Counted from the first letter of the stretch, positions 18,436 to 27,595 are shown. The stretch: DNA of 64,000 nt from Candidatus Krumholzibacteriales bacterium (GCA_046483305.1 JAWODM010000021.1:15503-79502), one strand, 5' to 3'. Notes: generated from the sequence alone by a model not told the origin. A program made the numbers and translations.

Positions 18436-18464
18436 AATATAGAAGTGCCAGCGCGTGGTGTCAA
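18436..18464 (-). promoter_or_regulatory. Sigma-70-type promoter upstream of the candidate ncRNA
   Basis: TTGACA-N17-TATATT. Confidence 0.6.
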
Positions 18465-18597
18465 CAATTAAGTTGATTAATAATAGTTCTAAAAAGTGGT
18501 TGTCCCATACTTCTCCGTTAATATGTTTACAGAACCTTCTGCCGTGTGTTATATAGATTTATAGTCTATTTGAGTATTGGATAATAAGGGAGTCGCG

Positions 18598-19341
18598 TTG
18601 AGCTGGTATGGAAAACTGACATTCGGGTCTCTGGGGCTTTTTATGGGAGGCCCTCTGGGAGCTATAATTGGAGCCGCCATCGGCCACCATGTGGTCGACA
18701 GAAAAGCTGATATGGCTGGCGGGGGCGGATTTAATCAGGCGGAGAAGTCCAGAGCGGCCTTTTTTGTCAGTATTTTCTCCATACTGGGACGGATAGCGGA
18801 AGCCGACGGCGCCACCACCGAAGATGAGGTGGCGGTTGTGAATAATTTCATAGCCGGTCTTAATATCTCCGCGGATGAAAGGAATTTTGCCAGAAAGGTG
18901 TTCAGTGAAGCGAGGAACTCGCATTATTCCATCGAGGACTTTGCGTTGCAGTTCTACAGCATCAACAGGAATAACCGCAGTGTCATAAACTCTTTCATGG
19001 ACGTTCTGTTCCAGGTAGCGGCGGCAGACGGCAGGCTGCACCCCGCAGAGGAACGGGCACTGCAAAGCGTTAAAGCGGTATTTAATATCAGCGATAGTGA
19101 ATTCGAAAGCCTGAAGGCAAGGTATTTCGACGAAGCGGACAAATACTACAGGGTACTCGGATGCGCACCGGACAGTTCCGATGCCGAGATCAGGAAAAGT
19201 TACCGGAAGCTGGTTAAGGATTTCCATCCCGACACCATCGTTTCCAAGGGCCTGCCCGAGGAATTCACCGAGTTCGCCAGCAGGCGTTTCAAGGAAATAC
19301 AGGAAGCTTACGAACAGATCCGGAAGCAGAGAGGTTTTTGA
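18598..19341 (+). CDS. djlA: Co-chaperone DjlA (TM + TerB-like + J domain)
   Basis: SWYGKL.FG..G...GGPLGA..GA..GH..D; IAEADG; YYRVLG..IRKSYRKLVKDFHPD..SKGLPEEF; TTG start after AAGGGAG. Confidence 0.9.
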   Translation: MSWYGKLTFGSLGLFMGGPLGAIIGAAIGHHVVDRKADMAGGGGFNQAEKSRAAFFVSIFSILGRIAEADGATTEDEVAVVNNFIAGLNISADERNFARKVFSEARNSHYSIEDFALQFYSINRNNRSVINSFMDVLFQVAAADGRLHPAEERALQSVKAVFNISDSEFESLKARYFDEADKYYRVLGCAPDSSDAEIRKSYRKLVKDFHPDTIVSKGLPEEFTEFASRRFKEIQEAYEQIRKQRGF

Positions 19342-19560
19342 AAAGCTTCCCCCCTGCCGCACCCGGACTTCACAGCTAATATTTATCGAAGGATTCAGGG
19401 AAATGGAACTTTTCATACCGGCACAGGCCGGCCTGACCGGAGCAGCGATAAACAATATCCCCGGTTATTGCCCTTGAACCCCGATCCCCATGTTTTGAAA
19501 GCTGATATTCTATTTCAGGGAACTGGCGCAGGAGCATTCGGAAACGTAACGGGACAGCGT

Positions 19561-20439
19561 CTATCCCCTCCTCAATATTACATCTCCCAGGGAGGTTCCC
19601 GCGTGCCGGGCTATCACCGGGCACTTTACCAGAAACAGAAAATAGACCGGAGCGGAAGTGCCTGAGAGCGCCTCAAAGTTTCCCTGCCCCTTGCTTATTA
19701 TTATATCCGCATCCCTGAAAATCTCCATGAATTCTTCAGAGCAGAAAGAGAGCACCGTCCCGGGAACATCCGAACCGGAGGAGATCACCCGGGCAACCTT
19801 ATCCAGGCCGCAGAAGAGCGCATCCTCGAGAACCGCGTCATTTATTACAGGCCGGCCCTTGACTGCGTATACAACATCCTTCCGCCTGCCGGTATCATTT
19901 ATCCGCTCGATGAGGATCCGGTCGAAAGCGGTCTCTCCAGCGTTATCTGCAAGGTAAAGAACCTTCTCGGCCCTGCCCAGGTCCTTCCTGAACCGCTCAA
20001 AATCAAAATCCCCGCTGATTTCCCTCTGTATGGACTTTTCCTCGCGGTGGATGATTTCAGAGAGCTTCCCCTCCAGATCGATGGAGTCCCTGGAAACGTA
20101 ATCTATCACGTTGCCGGCTATCGCCAGCTCCACCGCAGCAAGAAGGGGGTCCTCCGATTGGGCCGCTCTGGCCCTCAGTTCAGGGAAAACTTTCATGGCC
20201 ATACGGTTGCTTATGAGCTTTTCATCCCGGTATGGGTCCTCCACGCCAGTTCTTTCCCTTATCATGCCGTAGATATTCCTGGCCATTTCAACAGGAGGCC
20301 TGGAGAGCGGAAAAGCCGGTATAATCCTGGCGGTTTCATCCATTATTTCCTTCTGCTGAATCTCATCCGCGCCGCTCTTTCTCGCCGCGACCAGGGCCTG
20401 CTTGTAAAAACATGGGATACAATCCAGATATGTCTTCAT
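19561..20439 (-). CDS. DUF89/ARMT1-like damage-control metal-dependent phosphatase
   Basis: DCIPCF, DPY..EK..SN, LAIAGNVID, YLADNAGE..FD, PVINDA, IISKGQGNFEAL, VKCPVIA. Confidence 0.9.
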   Translation of the reverse strand: MKTYLDCIPCFYKQALVAARKSGADEIQQKEIMDETARIIPAFPLSRPPVEMARNIYGMIRERTGVEDPYRDEKLISNRMAMKVFPELRARAAQSEDPLLAAVELAIAGNVIDYVSRDSIDLEGKLSEIIHREEKSIQREISGDFDFERFRKDLGRAEKVLYLADNAGETAFDRILIERINDTGRRKDVVYAVKGRPVINDAVLEDALFCGLDKVARVISSGSDVPGTVLSFCSEEFMEIFRDADIIISKGQGNFEALSGTSAPVYFLFLVKCPVIARHAGTSLGDVILRRG

Positions 20440-20604
20440 CAGTGCTCTCCATTATTACAGATCGCCTGTTATACAGCTTCTGAAAGATAGAAGTTAAGTA
20501 AAAGAGCTCCCGAATACAAACGTTCTCTGAATAGACTTGACCGCAACCTTTCATAAACGATAAAATGCCGGTAATAAGCCGAAAGATTATAAGGGAGGTA
20601 GATA

Positions 20605-20907
20605 ATGCCTGATTTCGGACACTCATTTTCAGGACTGGCAAACGGCAGGAAGCTTACCGACGAAGAGCTTATCCGCGCTATCCGTTTCATGATCGCGGCC
20701 GAATACGAAGCGATACAGCTCTATATGCAGCTCGCCGAATCGACTGACAATAAGCTGGCCATCGAGGTATTGAAGGATATCGCTGATGAGGAGAGAGTCC
20801 ATGCCGGCGAATTCCTCAGGCTGCTGAGAGAACTGGCGCCCGACGAGGAGGGTTTCTACTCTGAGGGAGCCGAAGAGGTAGAAGAAGAGATAGAAAAACT
20901 GAGCTGA
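20605..20907 (+). CDS. Small ferritin-like (rubrerythrin/encapsulated-ferritin-like) protein
   Basis: AAEYEAIQLY and DIADEERVHAGEF diiron ligand motifs; AAGGGAGG RBS. Confidence 0.85.
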   Translation: MPDFGHSFSGLANGRKLTDEELIRAIRFMIAAEYEAIQLYMQLAESTDNKLAIEVLKDIADEERVHAGEFLRLLRELAPDEEGFYSEGAEEVEEEIEKLS

Positions 20908-20939
20908 TATAAGGATATTTTTCCGCCGGAGATGCCGGA

Positions 20940-21266
20940 ATGAAAAGGCTGCTTAAAATTCTTGCAACAGCGGCTGTTCACCTGATTGTAACTATATGGT
21001 CTGTAATGAAAACCTTTCAGATGAGCGGATTCTTTTTCGGCGTATATCCCAGGCCATATGAAGGTCCGTTCCGTTCCTTTATAACCAACCTTTCCAGAGT
21101 GCTGCTCTTTCCGCTGGGCAATCTGGCGATGAGGCTCCCCGCCGATGCCGAATTTGCCGGTTGGACGCTGGTTATCATCAACAGCCTGTTATGGGCGCTG
21201 ATACTCTATTATGCCGTCCACGGCATCCTGGCAGTGGCCGCAAAGAGCCATCAGAGCGGTAACTGA
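20940..21266 (+). CDS. Hypothetical membrane protein
   Basis: 108-aa ORF with 2-3 hydrophobic segments; GGAG RBS. Confidence 0.55.
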   Translation: MKRLLKILATAAVHLIVTIWSVMKTFQMSGFFFGVYPRPYEGPFRSFITNLSRVLLFPLGNLAMRLPADAEFAGWTLVIINSLLWALILYYAVHGILAVAAKSHQSGN

Positions 21267-21402
21267 TTTATCTACAATTGTTCCCCTCGGGTTGTGCGCA
21301 AAATATTTCCTTGACAGATTAGGTCAATAAGCCGAAAATCGGTTTTAGGATCTCAAACCCCGCGGGATAACAACAGTCACTTGAAAGAGAAAGGAATATG
21401 GC

Positions 21403-21906
21403 ATGAAGAAAATGCTTATTGTATTCAGTGCCGTGCTGCTGGTCCTGTCGGCAGCGCTGCTGGCCGGCGGTGAAGAGAAGAAAATGATGATGAAGAGCAA
21501 CTTCCCGCCTCCTGAAGGGAAAGCCTTCCTCAATTACATCACGGAAGTCAGTCCTTACCAGGGCTGGGGAGTATGGCCCGGGCATGAAGGGCTGGAAGAG
21601 GGAAAGAGCCCTCACGGGAAATTCATCAAACTCCTGGCTAACCCCGTAGCCCTCAAAGCGGCGCGCGAAGGGAAGGAATTGCCGCATGGCGCCATCATAA
21701 TGAAGGAGAACTTCAACGAGAATAAGGAGCTGGTGGCACTAACCCCGATGTACCGGGTTAAGGGCTATAACCCTGAAGGCGGAGACTGGTACTGGGCTAA
21801 AATGGGGCCCGATGGAAAAATAATGGCGGAAGGCAAAATAAAGGGCTGTATAGATTGCCACGCCAAAGTAAAGAAGAAGGACTGGATATTCCACTCTCCC
21901 AAATAG
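21403..21906 (+). CDS. Cytochrome P460 family protein
   Basis: Signal peptide; LPHGAIIMKEN; GYNPEGGDWYW; C-terminal CIDCH haem motif followed by DWIF. Confidence 0.85.
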   Translation: MKKMLIVFSAVLLVLSAALLAGGEEKKMMMKSNFPPPEGKAFLNYITEVSPYQGWGVWPGHEGLEEGKSPHGKFIKLLANPVALKAAREGKELPHGAIIMKENFNENKELVALTPMYRVKGYNPEGGDWYWAKMGPDGKIMAEGKIKGCIDCHAKVKKKDWIFHSPK

Positions 21907-21984
21907 ATCGTCGAGTTGAATAAAAACCGAAGCTGAATATTTAATTCCGGGACATGCGATCTGGAAAGGAAGGTTTTTTTCAGT

Positions 21985-23304
21985 ATGGCATCAGCTGCTG
22001 TCAGAATACTTATATACCTGCTCATTGCGTTACTGCCCCTGGCGGTTCTTTCCTTTACCAATACAACCTATTACGGTCTTCTCGCAGAACTGGGAAGGAG
22101 TTCGGCTTTAGTCGGATTCATGATACTGGCAATGCAGTCACTTCTGGCAGGGAGATTCAAATGGATCACCCGGCCCTTCGGATTCGATATCGTAATCAGG
22201 TTCCACCGTAATATGGCCATTCTGGCCGTTTGCCTTATAATCCTTCATCCCGTTCTGTTAGCAGCGGGAAGCTCCGGTTTCAACCTGCTCTATTCACTGT
22301 CCGTTCCATGGTATATCTCGGTGGGAAGGGTAGCGCTCCTGCTGCTCGTTCTCATAGCGTTGTTCAGTATGGCGGGAAACCCGGACCGCCTGGGATTCGA
22401 ACGATGGCGGTTGATTCACGATATTACCACTCCCCTGCTGCTTATACTTGTTATCATACACGCATGGATGGCCGGGACGGATTTTGCCACAGGATGGGTT
22501 AAATGGGGAGCAGTAATCATAAGCGGGATTTCTCTGGCGGCATATATTTACCACCGCTTCATCAGGCCCGCCATGCTCTCCGGAAGGCCTTACCTGGTTT
22601 CCGGAGTGGATGAGATTGCCGCCGGGGTATGGGATATCGCTCTGAAACCGCCGGATGGGGATGAAGTTTTCAGTTACCTTCCCGGCCAGTTTCAATTTAT
22701 AACCTTCCACCGGGCAGAAGGCCTGCCGGAGGAAGAACACCACTGGACCATATCATCCAGCCCGGCAGAAACCGGGCTGGTAAGATCCACCATAAAGAAC
22801 CTCGGTGATTTTACTTCCACCATGGGAGAAACCCGGACCGGCGATACCGCCACGGTTCACGCCCCCTTCGGCAGATTCAGCTATGTTCTCCGTCCCAACG
22901 AGAATGATTTTGTGTTTATTGCCGGCGGAATAGGTATCACGCCGATGATGAGCATGATCCGGCACATGCGGGATACCGGCCGGTCCTTCCCGGTACTTCT
23001 GGTATATGCTAACAGGAATCTGGAATCGGCGGCGTTCCGGGAAGAACTTGCCCGGATAGAAGAGGGGAAAGCGCCCAGTCTCCGGGTTATCGATATTCTC
23101 AGCGACCCGGCCCCGGACTGGGATGGTGAGACCGGATATCTCGACGCCGATAAACTGGAAAGGTATTGCCATGGCAGATTCGAGGATAGAGCCTTCTATG
23201 TAAGCGGGCCGCCTCCCATGGTATCAGCCGCCCAGAAAGCGATCGAAGAAAAAGGAGTTCCGGACAGAATGGTTCACACGGAGGTATTTTCCTTTCTTGA
23301 TTAA
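21985..23304 (+). CDS. Ferric-reductase-like transmembrane oxidoreductase with FAD/NAD(P)-binding domain
   Basis: About six TMs with haem His residues (RFHR, ILHP, LIHD, IIHA); YLPGQF, EEHHWTISSSP, GDFT, IAGGIGITPMMSM, SGPPPM, terminal EVFSF. Confidence 0.88.
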   Translation: MASAAVRILIYLLIALLPLAVLSFTNTTYYGLLAELGRSSALVGFMILAMQSLLAGRFKWITRPFGFDIVIRFHRNMAILAVCLIILHPVLLAAGSSGFNLLYSLSVPWYISVGRVALLLLVLIALFSMAGNPDRLGFERWRLIHDITTPLLLILVIIHAWMAGTDFATGWVKWGAVIISGISLAAYIYHRFIRPAMLSGRPYLVSGVDEIAAGVWDIALKPPDGDEVFSYLPGQFQFITFHRAEGLPEEEHHWTISSSPAETGLVRSTIKNLGDFTSTMGETRTGDTATVHAPFGRFSYVLRPNENDFVFIAGGIGITPMMSMIRHMRDTGRSFPVLLVYANRNLESAAFREELARIEEGKAPSLRVIDILSDPAPDWDGETGYLDADKLERYCHGRFEDRAFYVSGPPPMVSAAQKAIEEKGVPDRMVHTEVFSFLD

Positions 23305-23348
23305 ACGGAAAGGGAATATCAGAGAGAAAATATAAGGAAGATGCTAGA

Positions 23349-23450
23349 ATGAGAAAGAAAATGCTGTCGAGAATAAGCTGGCTGATAGCGATAACTCTGG
23401 CCGTTCTAACGGCCCTTCTTACCATGTACAGGGTATATATTCTGGGCTGA
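23349..23450 (+). CDS. Putative small single-TM protein (33 aa)
   Basis: MRKKMLSRISWLIAITLAVLTALLTMYRVYILG; AAGGAAG 8 nt upstream; basic N-terminus plus hydrophobic helix. Confidence 0.4.
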   Translation: MRKKMLSRISWLIAITLAVLTALLTMYRVYILG

Positions 23451-23509
23451 CCCGGCATAGAGTATACTTTAATCAATGATAAAGAACTTTCATTTGAAGG
23501 ATTATAAAT

Positions 23510-24229
23510 ATGGGAATACTGCAGGTTGAGAATCTAACGCTCGAGCTGGACGGAAAGAAGATACTTGACGGTCTCTCCATGGATTTCTGGGAGGGTCATG
23601 TTCACGCCGTAGTCGGCCCGAACGGAGCCGGGAAGACCACACTGGCGAATACAATTATGGGACTGAGCGGTTATCGTGATTTCAGTGGTGATATAATATT
23701 CGAAGGAGAATCGATAGCAAAACTGGATATCGACGAGCGGGCCCGCCTGGGGATAACTCTCGGCTGGCAGGAACCAGCGAGATTCGAAGGCCTTTCTCTG
23801 CGGGACTACATATCCGCGTCAGCGAAAAATTCCGGCGGAATCGAAGATGTGCTTGAACGGGTGGGGCTTACACCTTCAACCTATATGAATAGAGCGGTGG
23901 ACAGCACGCTCAGCGGAGGCGAACGGAAGAAGATCGAACTGGCCTCAATACTGGCCATGAAGCCGAAGATAGCTATACTGGACGAACCGGATTCAGGTAT
24001 AGACGTGGAATCTCTGGAGAAGATATTCGATGCCGTCGGAATGCTCGGGGAAGAGGGCACCACGGTGCTTCTGATCACTCACAGCCAGGCGGTTCTCAGA
24101 CAGGCGGAACACGCCTTCCTGATCTGCTGCGGCCGCCTTCAGGAAAAGGGTGTTGCCAGCGAGATAGAAGATTATTTCGGGGAAAAATGCATACCCTGTG
24201 ACCACAAGAATCAACCGGATTTAAAATGA
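23510..24229 (+). CDS. sufC: SufC-like ABC ATPase (SmsC-type)
   Basis: GPNGAGKT, ERARLGITLGWQEPARFEG, LSGGERKKIELA, ILDEPDSGID, C-terminal CIPC. Confidence 0.85.
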   Translation: MGILQVENLTLELDGKKILDGLSMDFWEGHVHAVVGPNGAGKTTLANTIMGLSGYRDFSGDIIFEGESIAKLDIDERARLGITLGWQEPARFEGLSLRDYISASAKNSGGIEDVLERVGLTPSTYMNRAVDSTLSGGERKKIELASILAMKPKIAILDEPDSGIDVESLEKIFDAVGMLGEEGTTVLLITHSQAVLRQAEHAFLICCGRLQEKGVASEIEDYFGEKCIPCDHKNQPDLK

Positions 24230-24238
24230 GGAAAGAAT

Positions 24239-25177
24239 ATGAATGATAATTCAGCAGATGCCAGGCAGGTTCTGGCCGGGGCGGGACTGGAAGAAAATAT
24301 TCTCAAGGATCCCGGCACCGCGCATATAGTGCTGGACCGCAACAGGATACTGGGGATGAATACCGTCCCCGGCCTGGAGATAGAGGCCAATGAACTGGAT
24401 GATGGGATGGAAGCGTCCATAACGGTAAAAGAGAACACGGTGATAGATAAAACCGTTCATCTCTGCTTCGGAGTTATCCCCGAGCGGGGAATTCAGAGAA
24501 TCATCATGGATCTGGATGTAGAGCCGAACGCATCGCTGTCTGTCCTGTCGCATTGCGTTTTTCCCAATGCGGTGGATGTCCGCCACATCATGAAAGGGAA
24601 TATAGATATCGCGGAGGGAGGAAATTACCGCTACCTTGAAAAACATGTGCACTCCGGCAGGGGGGGCGTCAAAGTATACCCCCAGGCGGAAATATCAGTG
24701 GGGAAGAATGCGAAATTCTCTTCGGTGTTTGAACTCCTCAAAGGAAGAGTCGGGTTGATTGACATCGATTACCATGCTATCTGCGAGGACGGAGCGGTGA
24801 TGGAAATGACCGCCAGGATAAGCGGAAGAGGCGACGACGTTATAAAGATCAATGAACGGGGCCACCTCCGGGGCAGGAAATCCAGGGGCGTGCTGAAATC
24901 GAAGATAGCTGTCCGCGAACAGGCCAGCGCCGACATCGAGAACACCATGATAGCGGACGCCCCCTATGCCAGGGGCCACGTGGACTGCAAGGAAATAGTC
25001 CGGGATGAGGCCACGGCAAGAGCGGTGCCGATCGTGGAAGTACTGCACCCCAGGGCCCATATCACCCACGAAGCGGCTATAGGGAGCGTGGATTCCAAAC
25101 AGCTGGAGACTCTTCTGGCGCGCGGCCTCCGCGAAGACGACGCGGTAGAAATGATTATCCAGGGTATGCTGAGTTAG
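24239..25177 (+). CDS. SufB/D-family Fe-S scaffold (SmsB-type)
   Basis: VHLCFG, HCVFPNA, ARGHVDCKEIV, HITHEAAIGSVDSKQLETLLARGL. Confidence 0.9.
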   Translation: MNDNSADARQVLAGAGLEENILKDPGTAHIVLDRNRILGMNTVPGLEIEANELDDGMEASITVKENTVIDKTVHLCFGVIPERGIQRIIMDLDVEPNASLSVLSHCVFPNAVDVRHIMKGNIDIAEGGNYRYLEKHVHSGRGGVKVYPQAEISVGKNAKFSSVFELLKGRVGLIDIDYHAICEDGAVMEMTARISGRGDDVIKINERGHLRGRKSRGVLKSKIAVREQASADIENTMIADAPYARGHVDCKEIVRDEATARAVPIVEVLHPRAHITHEAAIGSVDSKQLETLLARGLREDDAVEMIIQGMLS

Positions 25178-25205
25178 ATGGAGGCTGATCCGGAAAAGGC
25201 GTCTT

Positions 25206-25841
25206 ATGAATAATGACGGCAGAATGAATGATATATACAGGCGCCTTCCTCCGCGGGATATACCGTGGAATACCGAAGAACCGGCCGGCCCCCTGATCGA
25301 GCTTATTGACAGAGAACTTATCAAGCCATGCAGGGCAATAGACCTGGGGTGCGGCACCGGTACCAACACCTGCTATCTGGCATCCAGGGGGTTCGATGCC
25401 ACGGGAGTGGATATCTCACCCGAGGCAGTCAGGCTGGCAGCCGAGAAAGCCGCAAACAGAGGCCTTAAGTGTAACTTCATCACCGCGGACCTTCTCGGAG
25501 AATTGCCTGAAATAGACGGAAAATTTGACTTGGCCGTCGACTGGGAAGTTCTTCATCATATATTTCCCTCCGACAGGGAAAAATATTTAAATAATGTTAG
25601 CAGAATTCTGAACAGCGGGGCTCTTTACCTCTCCCTCTGTTTCAGCGAAGAGGACCCGGTGTTCGGAGGAAGCGGAAAGTTCAGGAAAACATCGCTGGGC
25701 ACAGTGCTGTATCTATCTTCCGAAAAAGAGCTTCGTGAACTTTTCGAAAACCGCTTCCTGGTACTCGAATTGAAGACCATCACGGTACCCGGGAAGATTT
25801 CGCCCCACCGGGCTGTATGCGGCCTGATGAAGAAAGAATAG
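25206..25841 (+). CDS. Class I SAM-dependent methyltransferase (TPMT/TehB-like)
   Basis: IPW..EEP, AIDLGCGTGTN, GVDISPEAV, FDLAVD..LHH. Confidence 0.85.
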   Translation: MNNDGRMNDIYRRLPPRDIPWNTEEPAGPLIELIDRELIKPCRAIDLGCGTGTNTCYLASRGFDATGVDISPEAVRLAAEKAANRGLKCNFITADLLGELPEIDGKFDLAVDWEVLHHIFPSDREKYLNNVSRILNSGALYLSLCFSEEDPVFGGSGKFRKTSLGTVLYLSSEKELRELFENRFLVLELKTITVPGKISPHRAVCGLMKKE

Positions 25842-25992
25842 GCCGGCAGAGTTTTCGTATCCGCCTGAACCTGAGAAGCGCCGGGAGTGCCGGCTATATT
25901 TAGATTGTAATCTGAACTTATTCCTGATAAATATAATTGAAAATTCAGAATATACCGTCCGATAGCTCAAATAAACTCATTTCGGTATAATT

Positions 25993-27159
25993 ATGAACAT
26001 TGAAAGCCTTATATTCGAGCTCAGCGTTATAATTTTCGGGGCGGCGCTTCTTGGAACCCTTTTCCTCTATGCCAGACAGCCGATCATCATTGCCTACATC
26101 GCCATCGGAATCCTGGCAGGCCCTAACGGACTGGGAATCATCGATCAGACACACCATATAGAGCAGATGTCCCATTTCGGGGTTATACTTCTTCTTTTTA
26201 TAATAGGAATTAATCTTCAGCCATCCAGGCTGATCAAACTCTTCAGAAAAACCGCGCTGATAACCTTCAGCACTTCCATATTCTTCGGCCTGCTGGCTCT
26301 TATCCTAGCCCTGCTTCTGCGATTCGATATCCATACCTCTCTGATATTCGGAGCCGCCATGATGTTCTCAAGCACAGTGGTGGGACTTAAGCTGATACCG
26401 ACCACTACCCTGCATCACCGCCGGACCGGCGAATTCATGACCAGCGTGCTTCTTCTCCAGGATATTCTGGCGATACTTGTTATACTGCTCGTTACCGGCG
26501 AAAAGAGCGGTAACGTGCCGCTCACCTTCGCTCTGCTGGCCGGCAAGTTCGCCCTGCTCTGCCTGCTCTCTTTCGGGGGAGTAAAATATATAATGATACC
26601 GCTTTTCAGGAGGTTCGATGTGGTCCAGGAGTATACCTTCCTTGCCGCTCTGGGGTGGTGCCTGCTCTGGGCCGAGGCGGCCAACCTCGCCGGGCTTTCA
26701 TACGAAATGGGAGCCTTTATTGCCGGTTTATCGATAGCCTCCTGTACGATCGCGTATCTCATCGCGGAACACCTCAAGCCGCTGCGGGAGTTCTTTCTGA
26801 TCCTGTTTTTCTTCGCGGTGGGCGCGGAACTGGATTTCAGCCTGCAGCCGCTGCTTCTGATATCAGCGGTGATTTTCGGGATAGCTCTTGTGCCGATCAA
26901 ATACGGTGTGTTCCGGCTTGCTTTCAGCCGGACGGGGGAATCACACGAACTCAAGAAGCAGCTCTCTGTCCGCCTCGCCCAGTCCAGCGAGTTCTCGCTC
27001 CTGGTATCCTTTTCAGCCCTGGCGGCGGGCGTAATGTCCATGGAAGCGGTCATGGTAATTCAGATTGCCACCATAGTCACTTTCATACTATCCACATACT
27101 GGGTGGTACTGAAATACCCCACCCCCATTTCGGGAAATTCCAGACTGAGAAAGGACTGA
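25993..27159 (+). CDS. Cation:proton antiporter (CPA2 family, no KTN domain)
   Basis: RQPIIIAYIAIGILAGP, GVILLLFIIG, FSSTVV, LLLQD, MGAFIAG, LREFFLILFF, LAQSSEFSL. Confidence 0.9.
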   Translation: MNIESLIFELSVIIFGAALLGTLFLYARQPIIIAYIAIGILAGPNGLGIIDQTHHIEQMSHFGVILLLFIIGINLQPSRLIKLFRKTALITFSTSIFFGLLALILALLLRFDIHTSLIFGAAMMFSSTVVGLKLIPTTTLHHRRTGEFMTSVLLLQDILAILVILLVTGEKSGNVPLTFALLAGKFALLCLLSFGGVKYIMIPLFRRFDVVQEYTFLAALGWCLLWAEAANLAGLSYEMGAFIAGLSIASCTIAYLIAEHLKPLREFFLILFFFAVGAELDFSLQPLLLISAVIFGIALVPIKYGVFRLAFSRTGESHELKKQLSVRLAQSSEFSLLVSFSALAAGVMSMEAVMVIQIATIVTFILSTYWVVLKYPTPISGNSRLRKD

Positions 27160-27379
27160 ATCGGCGAGGAATACGACCACCGGCGGAAAACCTCAATACC
27201 TTGAGCGCGCTGACGGCTGCATGGCGCATGAGGGCCGTAGGCCTTCTTCCTGATCTGGTTGTTCTATCGCTGGCGGCGCGCGGCGCGGCGCTGAGCTTAT
27301 GCCGGATGAAACATATCGATGAAATCAGAACATTCAGAAACAGCCCGCGGCGCTTTCTCTCTCCACAGGTTTTAATCTG

Positions 27380-27595
27380 ATGCTTCCTGTTTCACTGGCC
27401 ACTCCGCTGCTGGCGAAGGAATTTCCGGAACCGGGCCTGGTGGTTTTTTCAACCCTGGTGCTGCTGACGGCGGGGAGAGTGATATCCGTTTCAGAAGCCT
27501 TCGCCGGATTCTCCAATCACGGCATGCTGACCGTGGCCTTTCTTTTCGCAGTGGCCTCCGCGCTTCAGCGCACCGATATTCTCAATTTTATCTAA
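27380..27595 (+). pseudogene. N-terminal fragment of an SLC13/TrkA-C-type permease
   Basis: VISVSEAFAGFSNHGMLTVAFLFAVASAL matches SLC13 N-termini; stops after 71 codons, whereas family members are several hundred residues. Confidence 0.6.

Noticed and set aside
19342..19560. Partial direct repeat TTCAGGGAA(A/C)TGG between djlA and the DUF89 gene
   Set aside because: Only two short copies; compatible with chance or decayed sequence
23475..23494. AATGA-N10-TCATT upstream of sufC as a Fur box
   Set aside because: Spacing is one base longer than the 7-1-7 Fur geometry; too weak to call
24227..24241. sufC TGA in frame with the sufB-like start (possible selenocysteine/readthrough fusion)
   Set aside because: The 9-nt gap contains a normal RBS, both proteins look complete, no Cys is expected at that position and no SECIS-like hairpin is evident
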